Positions 29,678 to 39,858 of a stretch of 64,000 nt of DNA are shown piece after piece. Source of the stretch: Candidatus Omnitrophota bacterium. GTDB taxonomy: Bacteria > Omnitrophota > Gorgyraeia > Zapsychrales > Zapsychraceae. Under the pieces are notes generated by a model. That model searched no databases, had not been told where the DNA came from, and worked only from the letters and a program-made list of their open reading frames with translations. The translations under genes were made by a program, and so were the position numbers. The stretch is taken from the NCBI GenBank assembly GCA_020632515.1, contig JACKFK010000007.1, positions 13,323 through 77,322 on the forward strand, given 5' to 3'. Each line of letters opens with the position of its first letter. Within the stretch, counting starts at the first letter, position 1.

Positions 29678-31207
29678 TTATTTATTACCGACTTTAAAAC
29701 TATTCACTAAATCAGCTAACTCACTGGTTTGATTAGCCATTTTGCCGGCGGAAGAAGCCAATACTTCTGCTGAAGAGGCATTAGTTTCGGTAACAGACGT
29801 GTTCTCTTCCATTGTTGCAGCTTGTTCCTGCGTTGAGGTTGATATCGCCCCTAATTGTTCTGCAATCTTAGTAATATTTTTAACCATATCTGTTAGCTTC
29901 TCTCCAGCACCCTTAGATAGTTCCACCCCTTGTAAAACATCTTTCGAACTATCCTCCATTAATTTCTTAATATCATTTGCTGATGTCGCACTGCGCTCAG
30001 CCAGTTTTCGAACTTCATCCGCCACCACCGCGAATCCTTTTCCATGTTCCCCCGCCCGGGCCGCTTCAATAGCCGCGTTTAACGCAAGTAAATTTGTCTG
30101 GTCGGCGATGTCCGTAATCAATTCCACAGCCTCGGTAATTTTGGTAAAACTCTTCTCAATGGAATCAATAGAACTAACTGTTTCTTCCATACTGTGCCCC
30201 GTCGCCTCCGCGTTCTTAGCCACATTCTGCGCCAGCTCATTTGATGACGACGCATTTGAAGCATTTGACTGCACCGAGCTGGAAAGCTCTTCAAAAGAAG
30301 CTGCCTGCTGCTGCGCCCCCTCGGAAATGCGCTGCGCGCTTTCAGAAATCTCTCGTGTCACTTGATGCAATTCCATTGAAGTTCCCTTAACTTTTATAAT
30401 CACATTCTCAATTCTTTCAACAAACACATTAAACCATTTAGCCAACTGCCCAAGTTCATCTTGCGAGTTTAATTCGATCCGACTCGTTAGATCACCTTCA
30501 CCTTGAGCAATATCACGAAGTCTAAAAATAACCAGCTTTATCCCACTAATTATTCCATTAGAAATTAAATAAGCGACAACAAGTCCAAATAATAAAACAC
30601 TCATTCCAACAACAATGTTAATAAAAACAACAGATTTAGATGAAGTAACAATGTTATCCAAAGAATTAATCATGTTATCCACATTATCATTTACAAATAT
30701 ATCAATAGAATCACCTATTTTTGCAGCGTAGGGATCAAATTGTTCCATCCAAACGTTTCCTTTTTCAGGCCCTTCTTCTATATAAACATGCGCCATTTTC
30801 TCACCCATTGCATAATATTCATCGAAAGATTTATCCAACGATTCAATATTCTTTAACTGTTCCGTTAACCCTTTTTCACTATAATAGGCACGAAACTCTC
30901 CTAATAATTTCTTAAATTCATCTGCATTATTCTTTGCTTCTGCAAAACCATCATCAAACCCTTCCATTGCACGCGTGGCAGAAATATCAGTAAGCCACTG
31001 CTGGACTTGAACCACATAGAGTTTCATATCTTTGGCGTACATAGCAAATCTCACAGCTTCTTCCTTCGTATATTCAGCTTTATTCTTTGATTTAGTCGCC
31101 AAATAACAATTGAGACTAAGAATTGCAATTAAAATAACTATAAGCAACCCAAAACCAAGAAATAACTTTTTATTAATTGATAAATTTTTTAACAATTCAC
31201 CCTCCAA
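29678..31207 (-). CDS. methyl-accepting chemotaxis protein (paralogue B)
   Basis: Same architecture as paralogue A. TTG start in the track. The C-terminal ~260 aa are almost identical to paralogue A. Confidence 0.9.
   Translation of the reverse strand: MEGELLKNLSINKKLFLGFGLLIVILIAILSLNCYLATKSKNKAEYTKEEAVRFAMYAKDMKLYVVQVQQWLTDISATRAMEGFDDGFAEAKNNADEFKKLLGEFRAYYSEKGLTEQLKNIESLDKSFDEYYAMGEKMAHVYIEEGPEKGNVWMEQFDPYAAKIGDSIDIFVNDNVDNMINSLDNIVTSSKSVVFINIVVGMSVLLFGLVVAYLISNGIISGIKLVIFRLRDIAQGEGDLTSRIELNSQDELGQLAKWFNVFVERIENVIIKVKGTSMELHQVTREISESAQRISEGAQQQAASFEELSSSVQSNASNASSSNELAQNVAKNAEATGHSMEETVSSIDSIEKSFTKITEAVELITDIADQTNLLALNAAIEAARAGEHGKGFAVVADEVRKLAERSATSANDIKKLMEDSSKDVLQGVELSKGAGEKLTDMVKNITKIAEQLGAISTSTQEQAATMEENTSVTETNASSAEVLASSAGKMANQTSELADLVNSFKVGNK
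29690..30463. repeat. direct repeat copy 2 (MCP signalling-domain coding sequence)
   Basis: Near-identical to 28127-28900. Confidence 0.85.
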
Positions 31208-31233
31208 CTTTAATAAAAAATCTTTTGATGTAC

Positions 31234-32565
31234 TTAAAAATCAATTTGCGCTCTTGCGCCACCAACAACAATAGTGTCATCTCCCAGAGCCGCGTCTCCG
31301 CCATAAGGATTCCAAATGACTTGAAGATCCGGAGATAATGTTAAATGATCATTGATATAAAAACTATAATAAGCTTCTAAATGGCTTTCCGGATCTGCAA
31401 CTAAAGAATTGGCTGTTTTATACTCGTCTGAAGGAATCGCTTGTCCATAAGCAATCGCGAAAATATCGTTTTCCCGTCCCCATGGCTCTCCAGCAATCTG
31501 CATCCCCGCACTCCACGCATGTTCTAACGAAAAAGAGGTTGTGTCCATTGTCACTTCCGGATTCTGCCAACCATAACGGAGAAAAATTCCAACCAATTCC
31601 GTAAGTTCCTGGTCAATGCTTAAACCAAAACCGTATCCTGTTTCCTGATCGTCGAGCTGATGCAACCATTTGGTATGCGCGGTGTCATTGATCCAACCAT
31701 ACGCGCGAATATTTCCTTCACCGCCAAATAATCCTTTCTTAAGATTAATTTGCCCGGCTCCAAAAATCGTATTAAACAAATCTTCCGGACTGGCAGAACC
31801 ATCACCATCGGAAGCGATCACCTGAATCTCCAAATCTTCAATAGGTTCGATCCCCAGTCGAACACCAGCCCCATTGTCGGGAAATTCGATGGTTGGATTA
31901 TTACGGAAAATTTCTCCTAAGAACTGTGTTGTTTCATCATTAGCGTATTCATTGGTATCAATGTAAACTGTCGGATCAATTTTTCCGAAAGTAAACGATG
32001 TCATATCTTGACCGAATAAATGAGTTTCATAAAACATTTCCGTCACACTAACCGCGTTACCAGAATTATCCTGATCTCTGTTGACATTTGAAAACACTTT
32101 AAGCTCATCAGTAACTCCTGCCCCGTTTCCTGTCTCTAAATGTAAAAAGGCAATTCCTTCGCCAAACTCTTTTTCAATCTCAATATCGACTGAATATGAG
32201 CCGTCGGTTACATCATCCTTTCCTTGACCTGATAAACCGTCTGCGTTAGCTCCACTGGTAACCTGAACAATGGATGTTGCCCCAGCCGCGATTTTTAAGC
32301 CATATTCCGCCAACACTCCTTCACTTTCTTCTTTTATATTATCAACACCAGCAAATTTTTTACGATACTCGGAAATTTCATTCGCCTGGCTTTTAATAAC
32401 ATTCGCCTGTGAACCAACTACATTTTCCAGATCACTTACTCTTTGCTTCAAACTCTGCACTTCACTAAGAATTTTCTTAAGCGTTTCTTCATCCGCATGC
32501 GCAGAAATAGGCATCATCACAAACGCGGTAATGGAAAACAGAATAAAGATTCTTTTCATGTTCAT
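31234..32565 (-). CDS. outer-membrane porin (OprB/carbohydrate-porin-like) with an N-terminal coiled coil
   Basis: Signal peptide, coiled-coil segment ([22 protein letters not shown]), beta-strand-rich body, and C-terminal ...GGARAQIDF. Confidence 0.7.
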   Translation of the reverse strand: MNMKRIFILFSITAFVMMPISAHADEETLKKILSEVQSLKQRVSDLENVVGSQANVIKSQANEISEYRKKFAGVDNIKEESEGVLAEYGLKIAAGATSIVQVTSGANADGLSGQGKDDVTDGSYSVDIEIEKEFGEGIAFLHLETGNGAGVTDELKVFSNVNRDQDNSGNAVSVTEMFYETHLFGQDMTSFTFGKIDPTVYIDTNEYANDETTQFLGEIFRNNPTIEFPDNGAGVRLGIEPIEDLEIQVIASDGDGSASPEDLFNTIFGAGQINLKKGLFGGEGNIRAYGWINDTAHTKWLHQLDDQETGYGFGLSIDQELTELVGIFLRYGWQNPEVTMDTTSFSLEHAWSAGMQIAGEPWGRENDIFAIAYGQAIPSDEYKTANSLVADPESHLEAYYSFYINDHLTLSPDLQVIWNPYGGDAALGDDTIVVGGARAQIDF

Positions 32566-32695
32566 TATTTTTCTCCAAATTGGTTTAAAGTATGTAATCT
32601 GCTACTTATTTTAAAGAATGGTTTATATAACACAATAAAATTATCCACTATTTCCCGGAATAAAAAATGTCCGACGATAAGAAAATAAAATTAAT

Positions 32696-35600
32696 CTATT
32701 TTTTACTAAATTTAAGAACACATTCTTTTAATTGCTTCATCAAAATAGGTTTTACTAGAAAATCTGTCATCCCGGCAGCTAGCGCGTTTTCTTGATCCTC
32801 TTTCATAACCGCCGCTGTCAACGCAACAATAGGTAACTGTTTACTGATCTCCTGTCGAATAATCTTGGTTGCCTCCACACCCCCCATAATCGGCATCTGA
32901 ATATCCATCAAACATAAATCAAATTGATCGGTTCCTTGACGCAAAACATCTATTGCTTCTTGGCCATTATTAACAAAATGACCTTCACACCCAAGCTGTA
33001 TAAAACACGCCTTAATAAGCTGTTGATTTGAATACGAATCATCTACAACCAACACCTTTGCTTCTATTTTCTTAGTTTCCAAAGAAACATCCTCTGCTTT
33101 TTTCTTTACTTCCTTTATTATACCCAGAGCTTTACTAACACTTAAAATCAATTCACTTCCAATAAACGGCTTCATTAAAAAAGCATCAAATATTCCGCTA
33201 GACTCATTTTCAATTGATTCCTGCCTTTCATCAGCGGTTGCAGCAATAATCTTCACATTCTTAAATTCCAAATTTGATTTTATTTTTTCCGCCAACTGCA
33301 CCCCATTCATACCTTCCATTAAAACATCACAAAAAATAATCTGTGGAACAATCTTACTCTCTGAATATAATTGATCTAATTGCTGCAAGGCGCCACGCGC
33401 CGAATCAGCTTCGCCTAAAACCTTCAATCCTCCACGTTCACAAATTTTCTTCAGAATCTTTCTGGAAATTTCATTATCATCAATAATAAAAACGGTTTTT
33501 CCTGCAAACTCATTTCTTATTTTAGAATCAATTTCTTCAGCTGTAGAAACATCTTTCTTTGACACTTTAAACAAGAAATGAAATTCACTGCCTTTTCCCT
33601 CCTCAGATTCCACATAAATCTTTCCATCCATTGCCTCAACAATCGCTTTAGTTATCGTTAAACCCAATCCGGTTCCACCATATTTTCTGGTCGTTGATTC
33701 ATCCACCTGACTAAATGATTCGAAAATTACATCTAACTTTTCTTTTGGAATGCCTATCCCCGAATCTTTAACAATCCCGTGTAAAAGAATTTCCTGACCA
33801 CTTAACTCTTTTTCCAGACGAATCTCCACGCCAATTTCACCAGTTTCTGTAAACTTGACGGCATTGCTTAGCAGATTAACAAAAATCTGCTTAATCCGAT
33901 TTACGTCACCTTTTACTATTTGCGGTACATCATCGTCAATTTCAATATACGTTTCATAAATCTTATCCTTTGCCTGAGTGACAATTATTTTCATAAGTTC
34001 ATGAATTGTTTTTTCTAAATCATATTCCACCACTTCCAGATGAATTTTTCCTGCTTCAATCTTAGAAATATCTAAAATATCATTTATGATCCCGACAAGC
34101 AGCTTGCCGCTAGTCATAACCGCATCCAAATATTTCTGTTGTTTATCATCTAATGATGTTTGCTGAAGCAGTTCGCTAAAACCCAAGATAGAATTCATTG
34201 GGGTTCGAATTTCATGACTCATATTCGCTAGAAAATTACTTTTAGCTTTCGTTGCCTCCATCGCTTTTTGACTAAGAATAACAGCCTTTTCTTTTTCTTC
34301 TTTTAAATTCTTTTCTGCTTCAAGGCGTTCGATTTCATGGGCTGCTCGCACCGCAAAAATCTTTAATAAAGAAACAATGATTTCTTTATTAAGCATGGGT
34401 TTATTGTCCATAATCGACATTAAACCAATAACACGATTATAAGAATCTTTTAGTGGTATTCCTGAATAACTTTCGATACCCATGTCGACAAGCATCTTAT
34501 CTTTCGGAAACTGTTCTGCAACACGACTTGGATAAAAACACAGCGATCTATCAACAACATTTTCACACGGCGTGTTTTCCAAAGCATAAACAAAATTTTC
34601 TTGAATGACTCCATCATTACAAATAACAATCGTGCGGACAGCTTGAGAATCTTTAATAACTTTGCCGATAAAAGCAAACTTAACCCCCATAGCTTTGGTT
34701 AAACTTGTCATAAGATTTTGAAAAAATATCTCTCCTCCTGCTGAACTCACGCCTTGAACAACTTCTCGTAAAGCTTCTTGCTGCAAAGACAACTCTTTTG
34801 TTCTCTCCTGAACTTTTCTTTCTAAGTCTTTATTGACTTCAATAATTTTCTGTCGATTACGCTGAACAAGAAAGATCCCTAACATTAAAAACCCCGCTAA
34901 AACCCATATAAAAAGATATCCTAGCCCTAAAAAATGCCGTGCCGCCACCACATCCGGACGCATCCAAAAAACATCATTGGGCAATCCAATCCATAAACCC
35001 CATTGACTTTCACCGTCGATAATATTTAATGGAATAAATTCAGAATAAATCAAACCTGGATCTGCAGATGTCTTTTGAATCCAAGGATTCATATTTTTCT
35101 GTATAGTCTTAATCTGATTTAACGCGGTAAAATTATATTCGACATTCCGTAAAGCGTAATAACTTTCTGGGAGAACTTCTTTTAATGCGTGGGATAAAAT
35201 AATAGCAGAAATTGTTCCTTTTAATTTTCCATCGATATCATAAAAAGGCACTGAATAAACAAAACCTGATCTATCCGCATCATTAGGATTTTCTGGATCA
35301 AACCGGCTATTATCACATGTAATCACTTCCTTTCCACTGATCGCCGGATATCGCAAACCTTCAAAACTATTTTCTGTCGGGAAATATTGCCTAAACCATT
35401 TTATTTGCTGAGTTAATAATCGATACTCATATATTTCAATTTCTTCAACCTCCTCATCTTCATGATCTTGATCCTCTAAAGACAAGGCAGTTTTACCGAC
35501 AATTAACTCATCATACATTTTAATCGGGATTTCTAAGGCATTGGTAAACGGATCTAATTTCTCCGGATTAAATGATTCCGGAACGATGTAAACTTCCGAC

Positions 35601-35908
35601 ATAGAAACTGAATTTGCAAGATTATTGTAAATCTCCTGAATAGTTAAATTGGCATCACCCTGAAGATTTTGGGCATGTCTGTCAACTTTGCGAACGCCGG
35701 GAAGGCGCGCGATAGTGCGGATATTATCATAAAGAACCTGAAAAACATTTTCAACCTTCTGAGCAACTTCAAGCGAAATAAGATGTTCTTCTGTTTGATA
35801 ATTCTTCTTAGCCGTCGCAATATCTTCCGCATATTTCCAGTGTGCGACATTGGCAAAAAAGAGTCCTAATAATAGAATTAAAATGTGTGGGAGTAATTTT
35901 TTAGACAT
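32696..35908 (-). CDS. hybrid sensor histidine kinase (periplasmic sensor - TM - GAF - HisKA - HATPase - 2 receivers)
   Basis: H-box FLANMSHEIRTPMN, N-box LLSNAVKFT, G-boxes DSGIGI and GGTGLGL. Two receiver domains (VFIIDDN...FCDVLMEGMNG and VLVVDDS...LMDIQMPIMGG). Confidence 0.9.
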   Translation of the reverse strand: MSKKLLPHILILLLGLFFANVAHWKYAEDIATAKKNYQTEEHLISLEVAQKVENVFQVLYDNIRTIARLPGVRKVDRHAQNLQGDANLTIQEIYNNLANSVSMSEVYIVPESFNPEKLDPFTNALEIPIKMYDELIVGKTALSLEDQDHEDEEVEEIEIYEYRLLTQQIKWFRQYFPTENSFEGLRYPAISGKEVITCDNSRFDPENPNDADRSGFVYSVPFYDIDGKLKGTISAIILSHALKEVLPESYYALRNVEYNFTALNQIKTIQKNMNPWIQKTSADPGLIYSEFIPLNIIDGESQWGLWIGLPNDVFWMRPDVVAARHFLGLGYLFIWVLAGFLMLGIFLVQRNRQKIIEVNKDLERKVQERTKELSLQQEALREVVQGVSSAGGEIFFQNLMTSLTKAMGVKFAFIGKVIKDSQAVRTIVICNDGVIQENFVYALENTPCENVVDRSLCFYPSRVAEQFPKDKMLVDMGIESYSGIPLKDSYNRVIGLMSIMDNKPMLNKEIIVSLLKIFAVRAAHEIERLEAEKNLKEEKEKAVILSQKAMEATKAKSNFLANMSHEIRTPMNSILGFSELLQQTSLDDKQQKYLDAVMTSGKLLVGIINDILDISKIEAGKIHLEVVEYDLEKTIHELMKIIVTQAKDKIYETYIEIDDDVPQIVKGDVNRIKQIFVNLLSNAVKFTETGEIGVEIRLEKELSGQEILLHGIVKDSGIGIPKEKLDVIFESFSQVDESTTRKYGGTGLGLTITKAIVEAMDGKIYVESEEGKGSEFHFLFKVSKKDVSTAEEIDSKIRNEFAGKTVFIIDDNEISRKILKKICERGGLKVLGEADSARGALQQLDQLYSESKIVPQIIFCDVLMEGMNGVQLAEKIKSNLEFKNVKIIAATADERQESIENESSGIFDAFLMKPFIGSELILSVSKALGIIKEVKKKAEDVSLETKKIEAKVLVVDDSYSNQQLIKACFIQLGCEGHFVNNGQEAIDVLRQGTDQFDLCLMDIQMPIMGGVEATKIIRQEISKQLPIVALTAAVMKEDQENALAAGMTDFLVKPILMKQLKECVLKFSKK

Positions 35909-36027
35909 GAATTATAACTAGACATGAAATTTATTATATTGATAGTCATAATTATAATTTTACGTAATGATAATGCAATGAAAGTTTCAAAAATTTTTAT
36001 TAAAATCTCTGAAAATATGAAATTGTT

Positions 36028-36780
36028 TTATTGATTTTTTAGATAAATATCAAAGCGATGATTTTTTGTCTTAAGGAAAGTGGTCGTTTTTTTATCATTT
36101 AGCCATCCAGCTAACGAAGGCCGCTTAACAACAACACGCTCCTTGACGACGGCGAGTGCGTTTCTTAAAAGAACATTCGCATCGTGGTCTTCACCAATTA
36201 AAGCTTGCAGGACCTGCATTTCTTTTTTGACCAATGCTTTTTTCTTTTTCTGCGGATACATTGGATCAAGATAAATTACATCTGGCACAAATGGCAGATT
36301 GGATAAATCCTGACAACTATTTTGATAGCTAAACGTCAGCCGTTGCTCAACCCAAAACCCCACATCAGAATCTAATCGCGCCCGACGGAGCCCATCTTCA
36401 AGTAAGGCAGCCATAACCGGAGACCGTTCTAACATATGCACACGACAGCCCAATCCCGCTAAAATAAAAGCATCACGTCCAAGACCAGCTGTGGCATCGA
36501 CAATATTGAGATAACTTTTTTTCTTTAATCCAACAGCTTTGGCAATCGCTTGTCGCCGGCCACCGCCGAATTTCAATCGATATTTTATTTGCGGAGAACA
36601 AAAATCAACATAGAGGATATCAGTTTTTCCGTTTTCATAACGGCGCAACTGCAGACGATCTTTAAAAAATTCCAAAACAAACTGATCAGTGCCGCAGGCT
36701 GGCCTGATTTCGAAGCCCCACTCTTGAGCAATAGCTGTGATTTGCTGATGATGCAGGTGATTAGGAAGCAAAACAATCAT
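36028..36780 (-). CDS. rsmJ: 16S rRNA (guanine1516-N2)-methyltransferase RsmJ
   Basis: VDATAGLGRDAFILAGLGCRVHMLERSPVMAALLEDGL and YLDPMYP. Confidence 0.8.
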   Translation of the reverse strand: MIVLLPNHLHHQQITAIAQEWGFEIRPACGTDQFVLEFFKDRLQLRRYENGKTDILYVDFCSPQIKYRLKFGGGRRQAIAKAVGLKKKSYLNIVDATAGLGRDAFILAGLGCRVHMLERSPVMAALLEDGLRRARLDSDVGFWVEQRLTFSYQNSCQDLSNLPFVPDVIYLDPMYPQKKKKALVKKEMQVLQALIGEDHDANVLLRNALAVVKERVVVKRPSLAGWLNDKKTTTFLKTKNHRFDIYLKNQ

Positions 36781-36818
36781 GTCGCTCGCCAGATATTATT
36801 GAAATAACTATCAATTAT

Positions 36819-37220
36819 TTATTCAACTTCCGCTTCTAAATCTTCATCCACTTCGACTGTGATATCTGTCTTTTTATCCGGCCGCGGGATACGATGACGA
36901 TCCTGACGACGCTTCTTTTCTTTTCGAACTAATTCTTGACTACGTTTAAAGATTTTATTAACAGCGCTCATTAATGGGCCTTCTTCTTCACTGCATTTTT
37001 CGCTGATAACAATGTCGTCGAAATTCGCCACCTTCAAATCCAACCGAACACAGGCCGCGTTCGCTGTTTGATGATGTTTACTTAACTTTTCTAAAATAAC
37101 ATGACATTTAGTGATATCCGGACTGATACCTTCCAACTTATCAAATTTTTCCTGAATTAATTTCTCAATTTTCTCATTATTCCTTAAATCACGAAATGAA
37201 ATTTCTAGTGGATTCTGCAT
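36819..37220 (-). CDS. HPF/RaiA-family ribosome-associated protein
   Basis: 133 aa. N-terminal beta-alpha pattern resembling a sigma-54 modulation protein, and a basic C-terminal tail. Confidence 0.55.
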   Translation of the reverse strand: MQNPLEISFRDLRNNEKIEKLIQEKFDKLEGISPDITKCHVILEKLSKHHQTANAACVRLDLKVANFDDIVISEKCSEEEGPLMSAVNKIFKRSQELVRKEKKRRQDRHRIPRPDKKTDITVEVDEDLEAEVE

Positions 37221-37271
37221 AGCTCTCCTTCTTCCTGATTATCCTGTTCATCGTTGAAAATTTAAAAACTA

Positions 37272-37514
37272 TTACGCCCCTAGACTAATTAAAATCAGCT
37301 TGAGTTCATTTAAAACCGCGGCAATACTAGGATGCTTAACCTCAAAAAAAATAGCTGCTTCCTCGATTTGATCAACCAGTCCATGATGTTCCTGCGCATC
37401 AACTCGATTAAGAACAGAAGAAAGTTTTTCCTGAGATGCCGTATCTTTCGCATCCAACTCTTTCAACTGTTCTTTTAATCTTTTTGAAACTTGTTTAACT
37501 TTTTCTCGCTTCAT
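37272..37514 (-). CDS. small helical protein (DUF4404-like)
   Basis: 80 aa; charged helices with a hydrophobic C-terminus. The family assignment is from memory only. Confidence 0.45.
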   Translation of the reverse strand: MKREKVKQVSKRLKEQLKELDAKDTASQEKLSSVLNRVDAQEHHGLVDQIEEAAIFFEVKHPSIAAVLNELKLILISLGA

Positions 37515-37583
37515 CGCACGATCGCCTCCTTAGCGGATTTGCCTGTCTTTACAGCAATAATTTAACCACCTTGATACCTCATT

Positions 37584-37611
37584 ATCATACTCGGACATAA
37601 AATACTGTCAA
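37584..37611 (-). promoter_or_regulatory. sigma-70-type promoter
   Basis: On the minus strand, TTGACA - 16 nt - TATGAT. About 70 nt upstream of the 37514 ATG. Confidence 0.45.
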
Positions 37612-37629
37612 GAAAACTTGATCCTTGAA

Positions 37630-38013
37630 TTAAATTTCCGCCACCACCTCAATCTCTACCAATGAATCTAATGGCAAAGCCGCTACTTGAATGGTTGAAC
37701 GCGCTGGTGCCGTTTCCGCTTTAAAATACTGAGCATAAACCTCATTCATTTGGCTGAAATCTTTCAAATCCTTCATAAACACAGTCGTTTTGATCACCTT
37801 ATCTAATGATGTCCCCGCCTTTGTTAATACGGCCTGAATATTCTTGATAATCTGATGTGTCTGTGCCGCAACATCGGTTGCGGTAATCTTACCCACAGTA
37901 GGATCGATAGGAATCTGTCCGGCTAAGAAAACTAAATTCCCTGTTTTGACCGCTTGATTATACGGGCCTACAGGCTTTGGTGCGTCTGAACTAAAAATAA
38001 TTGTCTTATTCAT
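37630..38013 (-). CDS. ridA: RidA-family reactive enamine/imine deaminase
   Basis: APKPVGPYNQAV...GQIPIDP...ARSTIQVAALPLDSLVEIE. AGGAG lies 8 nt upstream of the ATG at 38013; the track uses an upstream GTG. Confidence 0.85.
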   Translation of the reverse strand: MNKTIIFSSDAPKPVGPYNQAVKTGNLVFLAGQIPIDPTVGKITATDVAAQTHQIIKNIQAVLTKAGTSLDKVIKTTVFMKDLKDFSQMNEVYAQYFKAETAPARSTIQVAALPLDSLVEIEVVAEI

Positions 38014-38103
38014 AACATATCTCCTCACATTTTCTAAATAACTATTTAATGACTTTACAATTTCTTTAATTTATCCGCATTCGATCATAATCTCCATTTA
38101 AAA

Positions 38104-39018
38104 TTACCCAACACTTTCCATCCACCGCTTGTTCAACCAACCGCCCCATTGCAATGGATATTTACACACAAACAATTCAATAATCTTCGTTAACTTACTT
38201 ATATTCACAACATTTTCATCCTGCTGTTTATTTTTCTTCTCCACCTTTAATTCTGGTTCAATATGAACTTCAAAACTTGTCTTTGTATTTCGCACAATAA
38301 AAATCGGAACAATCGGCGAACCCATACGATTATGAAAAAGCAACGGACCAACAGCTCGTGTAACTTTTTGACCAAAAAAGTCCACCAAAACACCTTCTTC
38401 TCTTGGGACGACTTCATCTAAAAGAATAAATAATAATTCATTATTTTGTAACACCTTTAGCGATTCTTTGATAAATTCTCGTTTAGATGCCAAAGAAATC
38501 ATATTAATATTCCATTTAGCGCATAATTCGTGCATAAAATCGCTAAAACCATTATCCCGCATCTTCCGGATAATGACATTCACCTTATATCCTCGACGAA
38601 CAAGAATAAGAAATAATAAAGGAAAATTCCCAAGATGCGCCGTGACCCCGACAACACCTTTTTTATTTTCTAAAGCAGCTTTTAAAATATGTTCATTCTT
38701 GATAACAACACTCTTTTCTAATTCTTCCGGCCTGTCGACAAAATACAACATATCCATCATCGTCAATCCAATATTCTTCAAGCATCTTTTTCTTAATTGA
38801 TCATATTCCTGCTCTGTTTTTGTATTTTTATAGACAGATTCTAAATTCTTCCGGCAGGTATTATTCAACCGTCGCGTAAATAGACACGCAATCGAAAATA
38901 ACCGCTCCGTGAAAAACTGCACCACCGGCCGCGGGAATATCCCCAATGAAAACTGCACTAATTTCAAACTATTAACTGTTAATTTATTTTGAAAGCGTCT
39001 GGAGGATTCTCTTAGCAT
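38104..39018 (-). CDS. lysophospholipid/lipid A (LpxL-type) acyltransferase family protein
   Basis: VGVTAHLGNFPLL catalytic-His region; typical size of about 300 aa. Confidence 0.7.
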   Translation of the reverse strand: MLRESSRRFQNKLTVNSLKLVQFSLGIFPRPVVQFFTERLFSIACLFTRRLNNTCRKNLESVYKNTKTEQEYDQLRKRCLKNIGLTMMDMLYFVDRPEELEKSVVIKNEHILKAALENKKGVVGVTAHLGNFPLLFLILVRRGYKVNVIIRKMRDNGFSDFMHELCAKWNINMISLASKREFIKESLKVLQNNELLFILLDEVVPREEGVLVDFFGQKVTRAVGPLLFHNRMGSPIVPIFIVRNTKTSFEVHIEPELKVEKKNKQQDENVVNISKLTKIIELFVCKYPLQWGGWLNKRWMESVG

Positions 39019-39110
39019 AATCGACTTAAGAAAAAATTAAAAAACTTTTTCTCTACAATATCTATTTAAAAATATTAAATTGAATAAATTGAAAGGGATT
39101 GTTTTTTATT

Positions 39111-39440
39111 TTAATCACCAATAGCGGCTATTTTAAGCGTGGTCTGGGTTTGATTACCCCATGGCCAAAACATGACAATGACCATTTTTCCTGAAAACTC
39201 TTTTTTAAACAATGTTTGATTTTTATAGATACCGCCGAACTCTTTTGTCACAGCTTGATCATCGCTAGCTGGATCTTTTCCGGCGGGTTTAACAGCTGGC
39301 CCTAACAGCGAAATAAAAAAACTCTCCCATTGCTCAATCTCGTTATTATCAACTACAAATTCCGCATAGTCTTCTGAGACTTCTCTTTCCTGCTCTATTT
39401 TTAGCGTGCTAAATTGTTCTATAATTTCTTTAATCGTCAA
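39111..39440 (-). CDS. hypothetical protein
   Basis: 109-aa ORF; no recognisable motif. Confidence 0.45.
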   Translation of the reverse strand: MTIKEIIEQFSTLKIEQEREVSEDYAEFVVDNNEIEQWESFFISLLGPAVKPAGKDPASDDQAVTKEFGGIYKNQTLFKKEFSGKMVIVMFWPWGNQTQTTLKIAAIGD

Positions 39441-39456
39441 AATTAAATCCTATTAT

Positions 39457-39765
39457 TTAAAAAACCATACGATATGTTTCCTGAATTGATTCAAAGGCAG
39501 TTCTAGTTGCTTGATATAAATAATACGTAATAATCAAAACAATAACTGTAATAACAATCTTCTTTGTTTGACTATATTTAGGGTTTATCCAAATTAACGG
39601 CAATGCGAACGGGCCAACACAAAATAACGCCATAACAAAAACAGAAGTTGATAGATACCATTTTTGTTTTTGGCGTGGATTCCCATCAATAAATTCTCCA
39701 CAGTGTTTACATTTAATGGCTTCTTCTTGAATTTCTTCGGCACAAAATGGACACTTTTTCATCAT
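39457..39765 (-). CDS. zinc-ribbon membrane protein
   Basis: CPFC...CKHC ribbon followed by two TM segments. Confidence 0.6.
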   Translation of the reverse strand: MMKKCPFCAEEIQEEAIKCKHCGEFIDGNPRQKQKWYLSTSVFVMALFCVGPFALPLIWINPKYSQTKKIVITVIVLIITYYLYQATRTAFESIQETYRMVF

Positions 39766-39858
39766 TATATTTCACACTCTTTATATTTTTTCAACAGTGC
39801 TGTAAGAACGTAGCCATAGTATGCCATTAATTCCTATGATATTCAACCTAATACTAAA

